64,000 bases of DNA, taken from NCBI GenBank assembly GCA_038998335.1, contig JAVZHQ010000001.1:192001-256000 (forward strand), read 5' to 3'. A program made the translations under genes and the position numbers. Shown in pieces: positions 19,852 through 29,217 of the stretch. This DNA is from Candidatus Aenigmatarchaeota archaeon. GTDB lineage: Archaea; Aenigmatarchaeota; Aenigmatarchaeia; CG10238-14; SCSR01. The notes below the pieces were generated by a model. It was given only the letters and a program-made list of their open reading frames with translations. It searched no databases and had not been told where the DNA came from. Positions within the stretch are counted from its first letter, which is position 1, and each line of letters starts with the position of its first letter.

Positions 19852-21068
19852 CTTAGTTTATACCTTAAGAAAGCTCCTATTCCTCCCAATTCTTTAAACT
19901 GAGCACCTTCGCTGCTTTCTGTCGAGATAAACTCAACTTTACTTCCTAAGTTTTTTGCTTTTTCACTTAAACTTTCAACTAATTCCTCTACGCTTTCGAC
20001 ATTCATAACCTGATTACATTTCTCACAGTATTGATTTTCAGCTTTATCTTTCGGCAAATCTTTTTCCTGTGTCAAATTACACTTATTGCATTTAAGTTTA
20101 ACATGAACAAAATCAAAACCTTCTGAAATCAGTAAAGTATCAACAGCTCCTGCTTCCAAAGCTTTTATAGTTTCCTTAAAACCGTAAGTAACATTTCCTC
20201 CCTTTTGTAGTTCAGAGAAAAATTTATTCATTATTTCCTTTTCCTTCATTATAGAAGCCTTTTCAAGCAAGTCTTCTGACCTGTTAACAAGTTCTCTTAG
20301 TCCATATTCGCCTGTATAGCTTGTATCTTTTATTCCCAAAATTTTTTTCTGAATTTCATGGTGTAAGTAATTTCCTTGGGCAAAAGTTTCTTTTGTCGGT
20401 CCTGGACCACCAATCAAAACTCCTTTCAACTCAGGCTCTTGCAAAAAAAAGTTTGAGGCAATTTCTCCTACTCTAGTAAAAAACTCATTCAAGGCGTCTT
20501 CTCTAATCCTATCATACCTACGTTGTGACATCCCACCTTTTACGCTCTTGGAAGGTACAGTAGATTCCAATTTTTTGAATTCTTCAACTAATTTGCCTTT
20601 AAGTAAGCCAATGTTAGCTTCGTTCGCGTCAAGAACTATTAAACCATAAACTTCCTTTTCTCTCAACATTTCTTTCAAAGGGTTAAGAACAAAAACTTGA
20701 TCGCAACGATAAATTTTTGTTGAAAGTTTTTCTGGAGGCTCTAAACTCCAAATTCTTACATCTGAAATTCCAGGGTCAGAAGAAACATTTCCACAAAAAA
20801 CCACCAAACCATTTTCAGGAGTTGTTCTAAAAAGTCTTAAGTGTTGAATTATTTTTTCTAAAGCACTCATCACGTTTTTTCTTACAGTTTTATCCTTTAC
20901 GTTTTGCGCTAAGCTATACTCTTCTCTTAACATGTTGACAACTTCTTGCAAGTTTGAACCAGAAGGAATATAAACGCTAACCAATTCCGTATGTCTACCT
21001 TTTATTTTTTCCAATTCTTTTACCATCTTCTTTAGTTTTAACAGTTTCTCTTCTTCCATTTTACTCAC
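19848..21068 (-). CDS. prf1: peptide chain release factor aRF1 (GGQ replaced by GGM)
   Basis: 'GRHTELVSVYIP', 'PENGLVVFCG', 'YRCDQVF', zinc ribbon, 'LGGIGAFLRY'. Confidence 0.95.
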   Translation of the reverse strand: MSKMEEEKLLKLKKMVKELEKIKGRHTELVSVYIPSGSNLQEVVNMLREEYSLAQNVKDKTVRKNVMSALEKIIQHLRLFRTTPENGLVVFCGNVSSDPGISDVRIWSLEPPEKLSTKIYRCDQVFVLNPLKEMLREKEVYGLIVLDANEANIGLLKGKLVEEFKKLESTVPSKSVKGGMSQRRYDRIREDALNEFFTRVGEIASNFFLQEPELKGVLIGGPGPTKETFAQGNYLHHEIQKKILGIKDTSYTGEYGLRELVNRSEDLLEKASIMKEKEIMNKFFSELQKGGNVTYGFKETIKALEAGAVDTLLISEGFDFVHVKLKCNKCNLTQEKDLPKDKAENQYCEKCNQVMNVESVEELVESLSEKAKNLGSKVEFISTESSEGAQFKELGGIGAFLRYKLS

Positions 21069-21073
21069 GAAAG

Positions 21074-23395
21074 TTATAGTATGTTGTGCATAACTTTTAA
21101 ATCTTTCTCAAAAACTTTTAACTCTTCTGGAATCTCTATTTTTATCGCTTCTTTTAGTGAAACTCCTTTTTTCTTTTTTTCTTCCCAAACTCTTGAGTTA
21201 AACTCTACCAAGCTTTTAGTTAGTTTTGTCATATCTTTCTTCCATTCTGGTTTTGGAAAAGTCTCTAAGTGAATACTTTTTTTAGAATAGAGTTTTTTCC
21301 AAATGTATTCTGTAATAAAAGGAGAAATAGGTGCAAGAAGAAGTAGAATTGATTTTAAACAAGTGTGTAAAGTAAACCATGCAGCTTTCTTTTCCTCTTC
21401 AGAAAATCCTTTTCCATAAGCTCTTGACTTAACCATTTCAATGTAATGCGAGGCGAATAAATTCCAAATAAATTCTCTTATTTTATTCGAAGGTACGAAA
21501 AAGTTAAAATCTTCGTACCCTTTAAGACATTCTTCTATTAGGCTACTAAGCTCTGCTAAAATCCACTCATCTGTTTTAGTTAGTTTTGCTTTTTTTGGTT
21601 CTGGAAAAGAAGAAACAAATCTTGCGACGTTCCAAAGTTTTGTTAAGAATTTGGAGTTAGCAAATATTCTTTGCTCAGAGCATCTGAAATCATAACCTAA
21701 GCTTGCTTCTTGGGCTCCCCAAAACCTAAAAGCATCACTTCCATACTTTTCAAGAATAGGCAAGGGGTCTATAACATTACCTTTACTTTTGCTCATTTTT
21801 TCTCCTTTCTCGTCAACACCATAACCAGAAATCCAAACATGCTCAAAAGGTATTTTTTTAGTTATTTGGTAACATCTTAGCAAAGTATAATAAAGCCAAG
21901 TCCTTACTATATCTTTTCCTTGTGGTCTTATCGCATTTGGATAAGTCTTATTGAAAAATTCTTTATCTTCCAAAAATTTTGAGATGAATAATGGGGAAAT
22001 GCTAGAATCAAACCATGTATCAAAAGTTCTTTCTTCACCGATAAACTCTTTTGCCTTACAAAAAGAGCATTTTGAAAAAGGTGGTTTTTCCTTCCAAGGT
22101 TTATAGTATTTTCCAGGTTTTGGAACATTAGCTTTACCACATTTTTTACAGTACCAAATTGGAATTTCAGTTCCGTAAAACCTTCTTCTTGAAATAGGCC
22201 AGTCTGTTGTTATTGAGTTAATCCAATTAAGCAATATCATCTTATGTTCTTCAGGATGGAATTTAATTTTTTCTATTTCTTTTTTCAAATCTTCTATGAA
22301 AGGAATTTGTTTTAAGTAATATTCTTTCATAGGAATTATTTCTATGGGAGTTTTGCTTCTTTCGCATAAAGGAGTTCGATGCCATATATCTTCTATTTTC
22401 TTTACTATACCCATTTTTTGTAGATCTTCTATTATTCTTTTTCTTGCATCTTCAATTTTTAGACCAGCATAATTTCCTGCGTTTTTTGTCATTTTTCCAT
22501 TTTCATCTATAGCTATTATTTCCTTGAGCTTAAACTGTCTGAAAATTCTCACATCACTTTGATCACCATAACTACAAACCATAGCAGCTCCTGTTCCAAA
22601 CTCAGGTTTTGCTTCTTTACAAGGAATTATAGGTACTTCCCTTTCATAGATTGGAATTATCGCATGCATGTTATGTAAGCTTTTATACCTTTCGTCTTCT
22701 GGATGAACTATTACTGCTTGGCAAGAACAAAGGAATTCTGGTCTTGTTGTGGCAATGGTTAAATCTTTGCCAGTTTCCTTTACTTTAAAATTTATGTAAA
22801 CAAGTTTTGTAGGAAGCTCTTCATACTCTATTTCAGCATCTGCTATGGTTGTTTTGCAATCTATACAATAATTGTTAGGTCTAGTAGCTTCGTAGATTAA
22901 ACCTTTGTTCCAAAGCCAAATAAAAGTTGTTTGAGTAAGTTTTCTGTATTCCTCACTATCTGTACGATAATAATCGTCAAAATCTCCGCTTATTCCTACC
23001 ATTTTCATTATTTTTATGAAAATCTTTTCAACATCATCCAAAGAATGTTTGCATAGTTCTATAAATTTCTCTCTTTTCACTTCATGCAATCTTATATTGA
23101 ATTTTTTTTCTGTGTAAAGTTCAACAGGAATTCCGTTTCTGTCTATTCCTATAGGGAAATAAACTTCAAAACCAAGCATTCTTGCAGTTCTTGATATCAT
23201 ATCTATTTGTGAATAATGGACTACTGCACCAATATGCCAAGGTAAACCAGAAGGATATGGTGGAGGGGTATCTATCGTAAAAATTTTTTTCTTTGTCTTA
23301 GGATTAAAACTAAAAATTTTATCCTTTGACCACTCGCTTAAGATTTTTTCCTCAAATTTTATGTCCCATCTTTTTTCTTTTAATTTCGGTTTCAC
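21074..23395 (-). CDS. valS: valyl-tRNA synthetase
   Basis: 'DTPPPYPSG', HIGH-like 'HIGA', 'ATTRPE', 'DWPISRRR', 'DTWFDSS', KMSKS. Confidence 0.93.
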   Translation of the reverse strand: MKPKLKEKRWDIKFEEKILSEWSKDKIFSFNPKTKKKIFTIDTPPPYPSGLPWHIGAVVHYSQIDMISRTARMLGFEVYFPIGIDRNGIPVELYTEKKFNIRLHEVKREKFIELCKHSLDDVEKIFIKIMKMVGISGDFDDYYRTDSEEYRKLTQTTFIWLWNKGLIYEATRPNNYCIDCKTTIADAEIEYEELPTKLVYINFKVKETGKDLTIATTRPEFLCSCQAVIVHPEDERYKSLHNMHAIIPIYEREVPIIPCKEAKPEFGTGAAMVCSYGDQSDVRIFRQFKLKEIIAIDENGKMTKNAGNYAGLKIEDARKRIIEDLQKMGIVKKIEDIWHRTPLCERSKTPIEIIPMKEYYLKQIPFIEDLKKEIEKIKFHPEEHKMILLNWINSITTDWPISRRRFYGTEIPIWYCKKCGKANVPKPGKYYKPWKEKPPFSKCSFCKAKEFIGEERTFDTWFDSSISPLFISKFLEDKEFFNKTYPNAIRPQGKDIVRTWLYYTLLRCYQITKKIPFEHVWISGYGVDEKGEKMSKSKGNVIDPLPILEKYGSDAFRFWGAQEASLGYDFRCSEQRIFANSKFLTKLWNVARFVSSFPEPKKAKLTKTDEWILAELSSLIEECLKGYEDFNFFVPSNKIREFIWNLFASHYIEMVKSRAYGKGFSEEEKKAAWFTLHTCLKSILLLLAPISPFITEYIWKKLYSKKSIHLETFPKPEWKKDMTKLTKSLVEFNSRVWEEKKKKGVSLKEAIKIEIPEELKVFEKDLKVMHNIL

Positions 23396-23439
23396 CTACT
23401 CACCTGCAATAAAATAAAATTTCTCTTGTTTAATTAAAT

Positions 23440-24150
23440 TTATATAAACTTTGAAATTCCCGGTTTCAAGTCCTTTTCTGTATCGATTATTACTATGTCC
23501 TTGTTTATGGGAAAGGCAACGTTAAATATGGGAACCTTATCAATCCAAGTTTGTTTTATTCCTCTGTGTGAATGTCCGTGAATTACCAAGTTAGGCTTTC
23601 TTTCGATTAGAACCTTTTCATACTTTTGTGAGCCTAAGTTTGAATAAAATTGGGGGTTTTCTCCTTCTAAGGTTTTGTAAGTGGGAGAGTAATGTATAAG
23701 AAGGATTTTGAAATCAGCAAAAATTCTTTGCAAGTAACGGTCAACAAAATTTACTCTCTCTTCATATATTTTCTCAATGTTTGGAACATTTTTCCTTTGC
23801 CAAAGAGTTGGCATATCTAGACTTCCTGTAGTACCTATAATACCAACAGAAAGATCTTTTATCTTAAGAATTACACTTTCATCATCTAGAAACCTAATCT
23901 CCTTATAGCTTGCTTTGATCTTCTCTCTTAAATCTTGGTATTCATTATTTCCAAAACAAGCAACTATAGGGCAAGTAATTTTACCAAAAAGTACGTTATT
24001 TATTTTTTCGTATTCTTTCAAATCCCCCCTTTCTATCATGTCTCCAGCTATTAAAAACAAGTCAGGTTTTACTCTTAAATTATCAACAGCCCTAACAAAG
24101 TCCTCATAATAATGTGGGCTATGTACATCGCCAGTAGCTGCTATTATCAT
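23440..24150 (-). CDS. calcineurin-like metallophosphoesterase
   Basis: DxH, GD, GNNE, HGHSH motifs. Confidence 0.9.
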   Translation of the reverse strand: MIIAATGDVHSPHYYEDFVRAVDNLRVKPDLFLIAGDMIERGDLKEYEKINNVLFGKITCPIVACFGNNEYQDLREKIKASYKEIRFLDDESVILKIKDLSVGIIGTTGSLDMPTLWQRKNVPNIEKIYEERVNFVDRYLQRIFADFKILLIHYSPTYKTLEGENPQFYSNLGSQKYEKVLIERKPNLVIHGHSHRGIKQTWIDKVPIFNVAFPINKDIVIIDTEKDLKPGISKFI

Positions 24151-24241
24151 ATTTTTTCCTTTAAAATATGGCAGAAGTTAAACTTATTCTTTACTTTTAA
24201 GTGTCACTACCGTTAAGTATTTAAATTTAACCTTCTATAAA

Positions 24242-24607
24242 GTGAGTAAAGGTGATATTGTGATATTCCAGAAAGAAGAAGACTGGAAGAACTTTTTAAG
24301 CGACGATGCAAAGGAAACTCTTGCTAGGCTTTTAGATTCGACAAAAAAGCACAGAGCAGCTTACTTACAGGCAGAAGACGTAAAAGTAGCTCAACTTTGG
24401 TGTGCTTTAGTAGAGCTTCAAAAGCAGTTTGCTCAATTTACAGAAGTTATCAAGAAAATAGAAGAACCTTTTAAAGCAATAATAGCAATAGGTGAAGCAG
24501 AGAAAAGAAAAACCATAGAAAGATTAGTAACAGAAATAATCAAACCAGAAGAAGAAGCAGAAAAAGAAGCAACTCAAAAGTTAGTAGATAGCTTGATGAA
24601 GTTCTAA
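24242..24607 (+). CDS. hypothetical helical protein
   Basis: 121-aa ORF; GGTGA SD precedes an alternative GTG at 24260. Confidence 0.7.
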   Translation: MSKGDIVIFQKEEDWKNFLSDDAKETLARLLDSTKKHRAAYLQAEDVKVAQLWCALVELQKQFAQFTEVIKKIEEPFKAIIAIGEAEKRKTIERLVTEIIKPEEEAEKEATQKLVDSLMKF

Positions 24608-24837
24608 AAAACAACCTCAACTTCAACTTTTCCTATTCCTTTAACTTTTTTAGCTTCTTGTTTAATCTCTTCTATTAAATAGCTTATCATCGGACAAAAA
24701 GGTGTAGTAGGCTTAAACTTAATTTTAACGTTTTTTCCTTTTACTTCTATTCCTTTTATCATCCCCATACTAACTACATCTATACCTGTTTCTGGGTCTA
24801 TTGCTTTTCTTAATGCTAATAAAACTTTCTCTTTCAT
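24604..24837 (-). CDS. DUF59 metal-sulfur cluster assembly factor
   Basis: 'DPETGIDVVSMG...TTPFCP'. Confidence 0.92.
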   Translation of the reverse strand: MKEKVLLALRKAIDPETGIDVVSMGMIKGIEVKGKNVKIKFKPTTPFCPMISYLIEEIKQEAKKVKGIGKVEVEVVF

Positions 24838-24869
24838 TCTTTTTTATTTTAGGCTTTCTATTTTTAAAT

Positions 24870-25343
24870 ATGAGAAGAAGCTTAGTTTTACAAGTACTTC
24901 TTATAATTTTCATAACTTTTGTGATTAGAGAAACAATTTATTATTTCTATCTTGGGGGAAAGTTTGATGTTTACTTTATTTTAAACTCTTTGTTCTTTCT
25001 TCTAGGGGTTTACGCAGGCTATATTTCTCTAATGCTTTTCAACCAACTCAAAAAAGAGCAGGATATTTCTATGCTGAGCATTTTTCTTTCTTTTAGAGAA
25101 TTCAAGAATGAAATTAAGTTTTTATATATTTTTTCTCTTATAGCTGGAACAAGTTTTTTTGTTTATTCTATTTTTTATGGGGCTAAAATTTTTATTGAAG
25201 CACTTAAGCCTTTTGAATGGCTTGTTGATACGTTCTTTTTAATTTCTTTTACTTGTTTTCTCGCTTTTATTGTTTCCTTTATCTTTCTTGTTAGAAAATG
25301 GGAGAAGAGGTTTGAAAAGTATGGGGGTTTGGGAAGTTATTAA
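24870..25343 (+). CDS. multi-pass membrane protein
   Basis: About 4 hydrophobic helices; overlaps the next gene. Confidence 0.7.
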   Translation: MRRSLVLQVLLIIFITFVIRETIYYFYLGGKFDVYFILNSLFFLLGVYAGYISLMLFNQLKKEQDISMLSIFLSFREFKNEIKFLYIFSLIAGTSFFVYSIFYGAKIFIEALKPFEWLVDTFFLISFTCFLAFIVSFIFLVRKWEKRFEKYGGLGSY

Positions 25344-25665
25344 CTTCGTAGTTTATTTTCTTGTTGCGATTCTTTTCTCTATAGTTACTGCTTTTGCTAG
25401 AAAATTCTTGAAAAACTTAGAAGAAAACGAAAAGCTTGCAGCTTCCTTAATTTTTCTCAACCCAAAAGTACCAAAATGTTTTTGGATTTTAGGTATAATT
25501 CTTTTTGTTTTTTCCATAGCTTTTTTACTTTCGCCTTTTTATGAGTTCTACTTTCGTTCAAGTCTTTTTGTAATAATTATTTCAACTTATCTTTTACTTT
25601 TTGCTTTTGTTTACTTTTTCAAAACCCTTTATGAGGCAACAAAAAGTGAGGAGTATGGAGCTTAG
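25321..25665 (+). CDS. 3-TM membrane protein
   Basis: Hydrophobic helices; resembles the upstream protein. Confidence 0.7.
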   Translation: MGVWEVINFVVYFLVAILFSIVTAFARKFLKNLEENEKLAASLIFLNPKVPKCFWILGIILFVFSIAFLLSPFYEFYFRSSLFVIIISTYLLLFAFVYFFKTLYEATKSEEYGA

Positions 25666-26026
25666 AGCTGAACTAGAAAAGATATTGAAAGAGATGAAGA
25701 AAATAGAAGGGGTAAGAGGAAGCTTGATAGCTAACAGAGAAGGATTGCTTGTAGTTTCTTATCTCCCTGCTGAGCTTGACGCTAGACTTTTAGCTGCTTT
25801 GGCCGCAACTTTAGTGAAAGTTTCAAGCATGACAGCTGAAAGATTGGGAATGGGTACTTTTACTCATACTGTGGTTAAAGCCTCTCAAGGTTATTATGTT
25901 TGCTTCCCGATTGATACTGAAATGATTTTAGCATGCCTACTGGAAAAGGATGTTAATCTTGGTTTAGTTTTGGTTAGAATGGAAGAGAGTATAAAAGAAA
26001 TAGTAAAAGTTTTAAGAAGTGTTTAA
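25655..26026 (+). CDS. Roadblock/LC7 domain protein
   Basis: 'GVRGSLIANREGLLVVS...LAALAATL...NLGLV'; GAGGAG SD. Confidence 0.9.
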   Translation: MELRAELEKILKEMKKIEGVRGSLIANREGLLVVSYLPAELDARLLAALAATLVKVSSMTAERLGMGTFTHTVVKASQGYYVCFPIDTEMILACLLEKDVNLGLVLVRMEESIKEIVKVLRSV

Positions 26027-26027
26027 G

Positions 26028-26099
26028 TGGACTGGCCGGGATTTGAACCCGGAACTTCCGCCTTGCGAAGGCGGCGATCTACCGTTGATCTACCAGCCC
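26028..26099 (-). tRNA. tRNA-Ala(CGC)
   Basis: Anticodon arm CCGCC-TT-CGC-AA-GGCGG; G3:U70 identity pair. Confidence 0.96.
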
Positions 26100-26141
26100 T
26101 TGATAAAATCAATTTTATTTTTGATTTAAATAATTTAATTT

Positions 26142-26912
26142 ATGGAAAGGATTCTTTTTGATGCAATAAGTTTTGCGAAAAGAGCAGGACTTTTGCTCTT
26201 GAAAGATTTTAGAAAAGTTAAAGAATACTCAAAAAGAGGGCATAGCAAAGCAATAAAAACTATTTATGATAAAGCTTCTGAAAATTTGATAAAAAAGCTT
26301 ATTTCAGCAAAGTATCCTGAGCATAGCATTTTGTCAGAAGAAGCAGGTTATGTTGAAAAGGATTCTAAGTATTTGTGGGTTGTTGATCCTCTAGATGGAA
26401 CAGGAAATTTTGTTAACGGTAATCCTTTGTTTTCTGTTTCCATAGCTTTTTTAGAAAATAACAAGCTTAAGTATGGAGCAATATACTTTCCAGTTTCTAA
26501 CGAAACCTTTTTCGCAGAAAGAGGAAAAGGAGCTTTTCTAAACGGAAAAAGAATTTTTGTTTCAAAAATAGATAAGCTAGAAAAAAGCTATTTTGTAACT
26601 TGTGAAGGCGTAGAAAAAAGTAAGAAAAGAAAGGCAAAGCTTTACTCTACAATAATATCAAAAGCAGTTGATATAAGGAAGCTTGGTTCAGGAAGCTTAG
26701 AGTGTGCTTGGGTTGCTTCAGGAAGGGCAGAGGCTTACTTAACTTTTAAAGTTCCACCTTGGGATGTTGCTGCCGGAGTTTTGTTAGTAGAAGAGGCAGG
26801 AGGAAAGGTTACTGATTTTAAAGGAAGGGAATGGAGTTTAAGACAATGCGACTTTTTGGCTTCAAATTCTCTTATTCATGAAAAAGTTTTAAAATTGTTA
26901 AAAGGCATCTAA
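26142..26912 (+). CDS. suhB: inositol monophosphatase/FBPase family
   Basis: 'SEE', 'DPLDGTGNF', 'WDVAAG'. Confidence 0.9.
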   Translation: MERILFDAISFAKRAGLLLLKDFRKVKEYSKRGHSKAIKTIYDKASENLIKKLISAKYPEHSILSEEAGYVEKDSKYLWVVDPLDGTGNFVNGNPLFSVSIAFLENNKLKYGAIYFPVSNETFFAERGKGAFLNGKRIFVSKIDKLEKSYFVTCEGVEKSKKRKAKLYSTIISKAVDIRKLGSGSLECAWVASGRAEAYLTFKVPPWDVAAGVLLVEEAGGKVTDFKGREWSLRQCDFLASNSLIHEKVLKLLKGI

Positions 26913-27338
26913 CATTTTTTTAAATTCTTTTATTTGCTCTTTTGCTACAGGTTGAAGCTTAACTTTTATTTTATTCACATTAAACCATTTAATATCACAA
27001 ACATCACTTCCTGCTTTTAATTTGCCCCCAACAATCTTTGTTTTAAAACAAAAAACCAAGTGATGATGATTATCATGAAACTCTTGAGTTAAGTGAAAAA
27101 GTTCTAAAGGTTTTATTTTAAGACTAGTTTCTTCTTTAGTTTCTCTTATTAAAGCTTCTTCCAAGGTTTCTCCTGCTTTTACCTTTCCTGTAGGAAGACC
27201 CCAGAATCCTGGAAAAGCTTTTTTTGATCTCTTTCTCTTGACTAATAAAATTTTTCTATCTTTTTCGATCAAAGCACTAACAACTGCTGAAATCTTTCTT
27301 GGAGTTTTAATGTTTCTTTTAACTGTACAAATTTTCAT
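26898..27338 (-). CDS. NUDIX hydrolase
   Basis: 'GKVKAGETLEEALIRETKEETSL' Nudix box. Confidence 0.92.
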   Translation of the reverse strand: MKICTVKRNIKTPRKISAVVSALIEKDRKILLVKRKRSKKAFPGFWGLPTGKVKAGETLEEALIRETKEETSLKIKPLELFHLTQEFHDNHHHLVFCFKTKIVGGKLKAGSDVCDIKWFNVNKIKVKLQPVAKEQIKEFKKMLDAF

Positions 27339-27356
27339 AAGATTTTATTGTTTTTG

Positions 27357-28475
27357 TTAAAACTTATTATTTGGTACAAGACTTTTCAGTCTTTTTAAAG
27401 CCTCTACTTTTTCTTTTTTCTCTATTTCAGCTTGCTTTAGAATTTCATCTAAAAATCTTATTGATTCGTCCATAGCTTTTCTTTCTATTGGCTTAGGAAC
27501 ACCATCCTTGCCACCGTAAGCATAAGAATATTTTACTGGGTCTTTCCAGCTTGGCTCTGAGCCATAAATTATTTCAGAAACTAAAGCTAAACCTCTTACA
27601 GTAGAAGGGCCTATACCTTTTATCCCTAAGAGCTCTTCGTAATTTTTTGGTTGAAACTCATAAGCTTCTTTCAAAGCGTCCCAGTTAACATTTCTCGGCA
27701 TTTTTAAAACATGAACAAAAAACTCTTTTCTTTTAAAAGGTAGAAATTGAGTTAAACTTTTTTGATAAATTGGCTTTATTGATAAGAAGTCATTTCTAAT
27801 TTTTTGTGGTCCTTCTTTTACTAAATCGACTGAAATTTTTCTTGCTTCTTCGCTTTGCTTAGCTGTCATATCTAAAACATTTTCTTTTTTTATATCGCAG
27901 CAAATTGCAGAATGAGGCTCTTCAACGAAACTTTTAACGTTTTCAGAAATCCAATGGTACCTGCGAGCAGTTTTATCTTGAATATTCATTCCCTGTTGAA
28001 CAACAACCCAAGATTTTTCTGTAAAGAAAAATGTGTGATGGTATAAAGGATACTCGCATTGGATAGCAGTATTATCTACTTTTGCGCTCATTCTGCTTGC
28101 ATACTTTAATTCTTCCATCTTTTTTGAAGATAAAGAAAGAGTTTCGCTGATTTTTTCAATTTCTTTTGGAGTTTTTCTTGAAAACTTCCCTTTTCCGCCT
28201 GCAATTCCTAAGCCAAATTTTTCTGGTCGAATAACAGATTTAAGAATAGCACATACTGTTGTGGTAACTCCTGAAGAATGCCAATCATGTCCTATAACAC
28301 AACCAAAAGCTTGGAACCAAAAGGGATTTGAAACTCTTCTTAGTAATTCTTCTTTTCCATATTCTTCTATAACTAAAGTAGCAATTTGTTTTCCTAACTT
28401 TTTCATTCTTACTAAAAGCCAGAAAGGTACATGCCCGTAATGTAAAGGAAGTTCTGCAATCCCAGTTTTTTTCAT
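27357..28475 (-). CDS. DUF763 family protein
   Basis: 'LPLHYGHVP.WL', 'WHSSGVTT', 'GGKDGVP'. Confidence 0.88.
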   Translation of the reverse strand: MKKTGIAELPLHYGHVPFWLLVRMKKLGKQIATLVIEEYGKEELLRRVSNPFWFQAFGCVIGHDWHSSGVTTTVCAILKSVIRPEKFGLGIAGGKGKFSRKTPKEIEKISETLSLSSKKMEELKYASRMSAKVDNTAIQCEYPLYHHTFFFTEKSWVVVQQGMNIQDKTARRYHWISENVKSFVEEPHSAICCDIKKENVLDMTAKQSEEARKISVDLVKEGPQKIRNDFLSIKPIYQKSLTQFLPFKRKEFFVHVLKMPRNVNWDALKEAYEFQPKNYEELLGIKGIGPSTVRGLALVSEIIYGSEPSWKDPVKYSYAYGGKDGVPKPIERKAMDESIRFLDEILKQAEIEKKEKVEALKRLKSLVPNNKF

Positions 28476-28598
28476 GAGTCTCACTTGGCTTATCAAAATT
28501 TATTTTAAAATAAAGTTAATTAGATTTTTGGGAGTAAATTTCCGCTGATTCCGATTCATTAAAAATAAAAGTTATTAGGTTAATTAAATTTTATAGCT

Positions 28599-28673
28599 GG
28601 ACAGGTGGCGCAGCCTGGTTAGCGCAATCGGCTGATAACCGATAGGTCGAGGGTTCAAATCCCTCCCTGTCCA
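28599..28673 (+). tRNA. tRNA-Ile(GAT)
   Basis: Anticodon arm ATCGG-CT-GAT-AA-CCGAT. Confidence 0.96.
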
Positions 28674-28967
28674 TTTTGCTATGTTATTCCAGTAAATTAA
28701 AATAAAAGGAAACATTTTTTAAAATTATTTTTTTGTATTTTTACAACTTTTTAGGTAGAAATTAATAGATATAGAGAGATTTCTACGCTACTTCAAAATA
28801 ACATCCAGCACACAAACAAGCGACTGTTCCTCTACAGGAACAACCTACCGAAACTCCTCTTGTAGTCCAAGCTTTAATCCAAACACCCGCTCTCCGTGAC
28901 TAGCATCTTATAGAGTGTGTTATTAATAGGTAAGTTTTTAAATCTTTTTTGTTTTCTATCTTAAATT

Positions 28968-29207
28968 ATGATTAATTATAGAGAAAAAATCATCGAAATT
29001 TTAAAAAAATCAAATGGTTTAACTTTTTCAAGTATAGAGGTTGAATTACTCAGAAGCTTGAGTGAAAGTGAGAAAAGAGAGTACAGATTTGATAAGTTTT
29101 TTGTTGCTATTTATGATTTAGAAAATGATGGTATAATATTTAGGGGAAAAGGAGGAGAATTTGAGAAAGGAAAGTTTTACTTAAAGCTTAAAAATAGCAA
29201 TTCCTAA
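28968..29207 (+). CDS. small winged-helix-like protein
   Basis: 'IIEILKKSNGLTFSSI...LENDGII...Y' pattern. Confidence 0.55.
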   Translation: MINYREKIIEILKKSNGLTFSSIEVELLRSLSESEKREYRFDKFFVAIYDLENDGIIFRGKGGEFEKGKFYLKLKNSNS

Positions 29208-29217
29208 CTTTTTTTTG

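Noticed and set aside
19848-21068. Stop-codon reassignment suggested by the odd aRF1
   Set aside because: Conserved genes are full length under the standard code and end in TAA, TAG and TGA; fdhF has Cys rather than an in-frame TGA.
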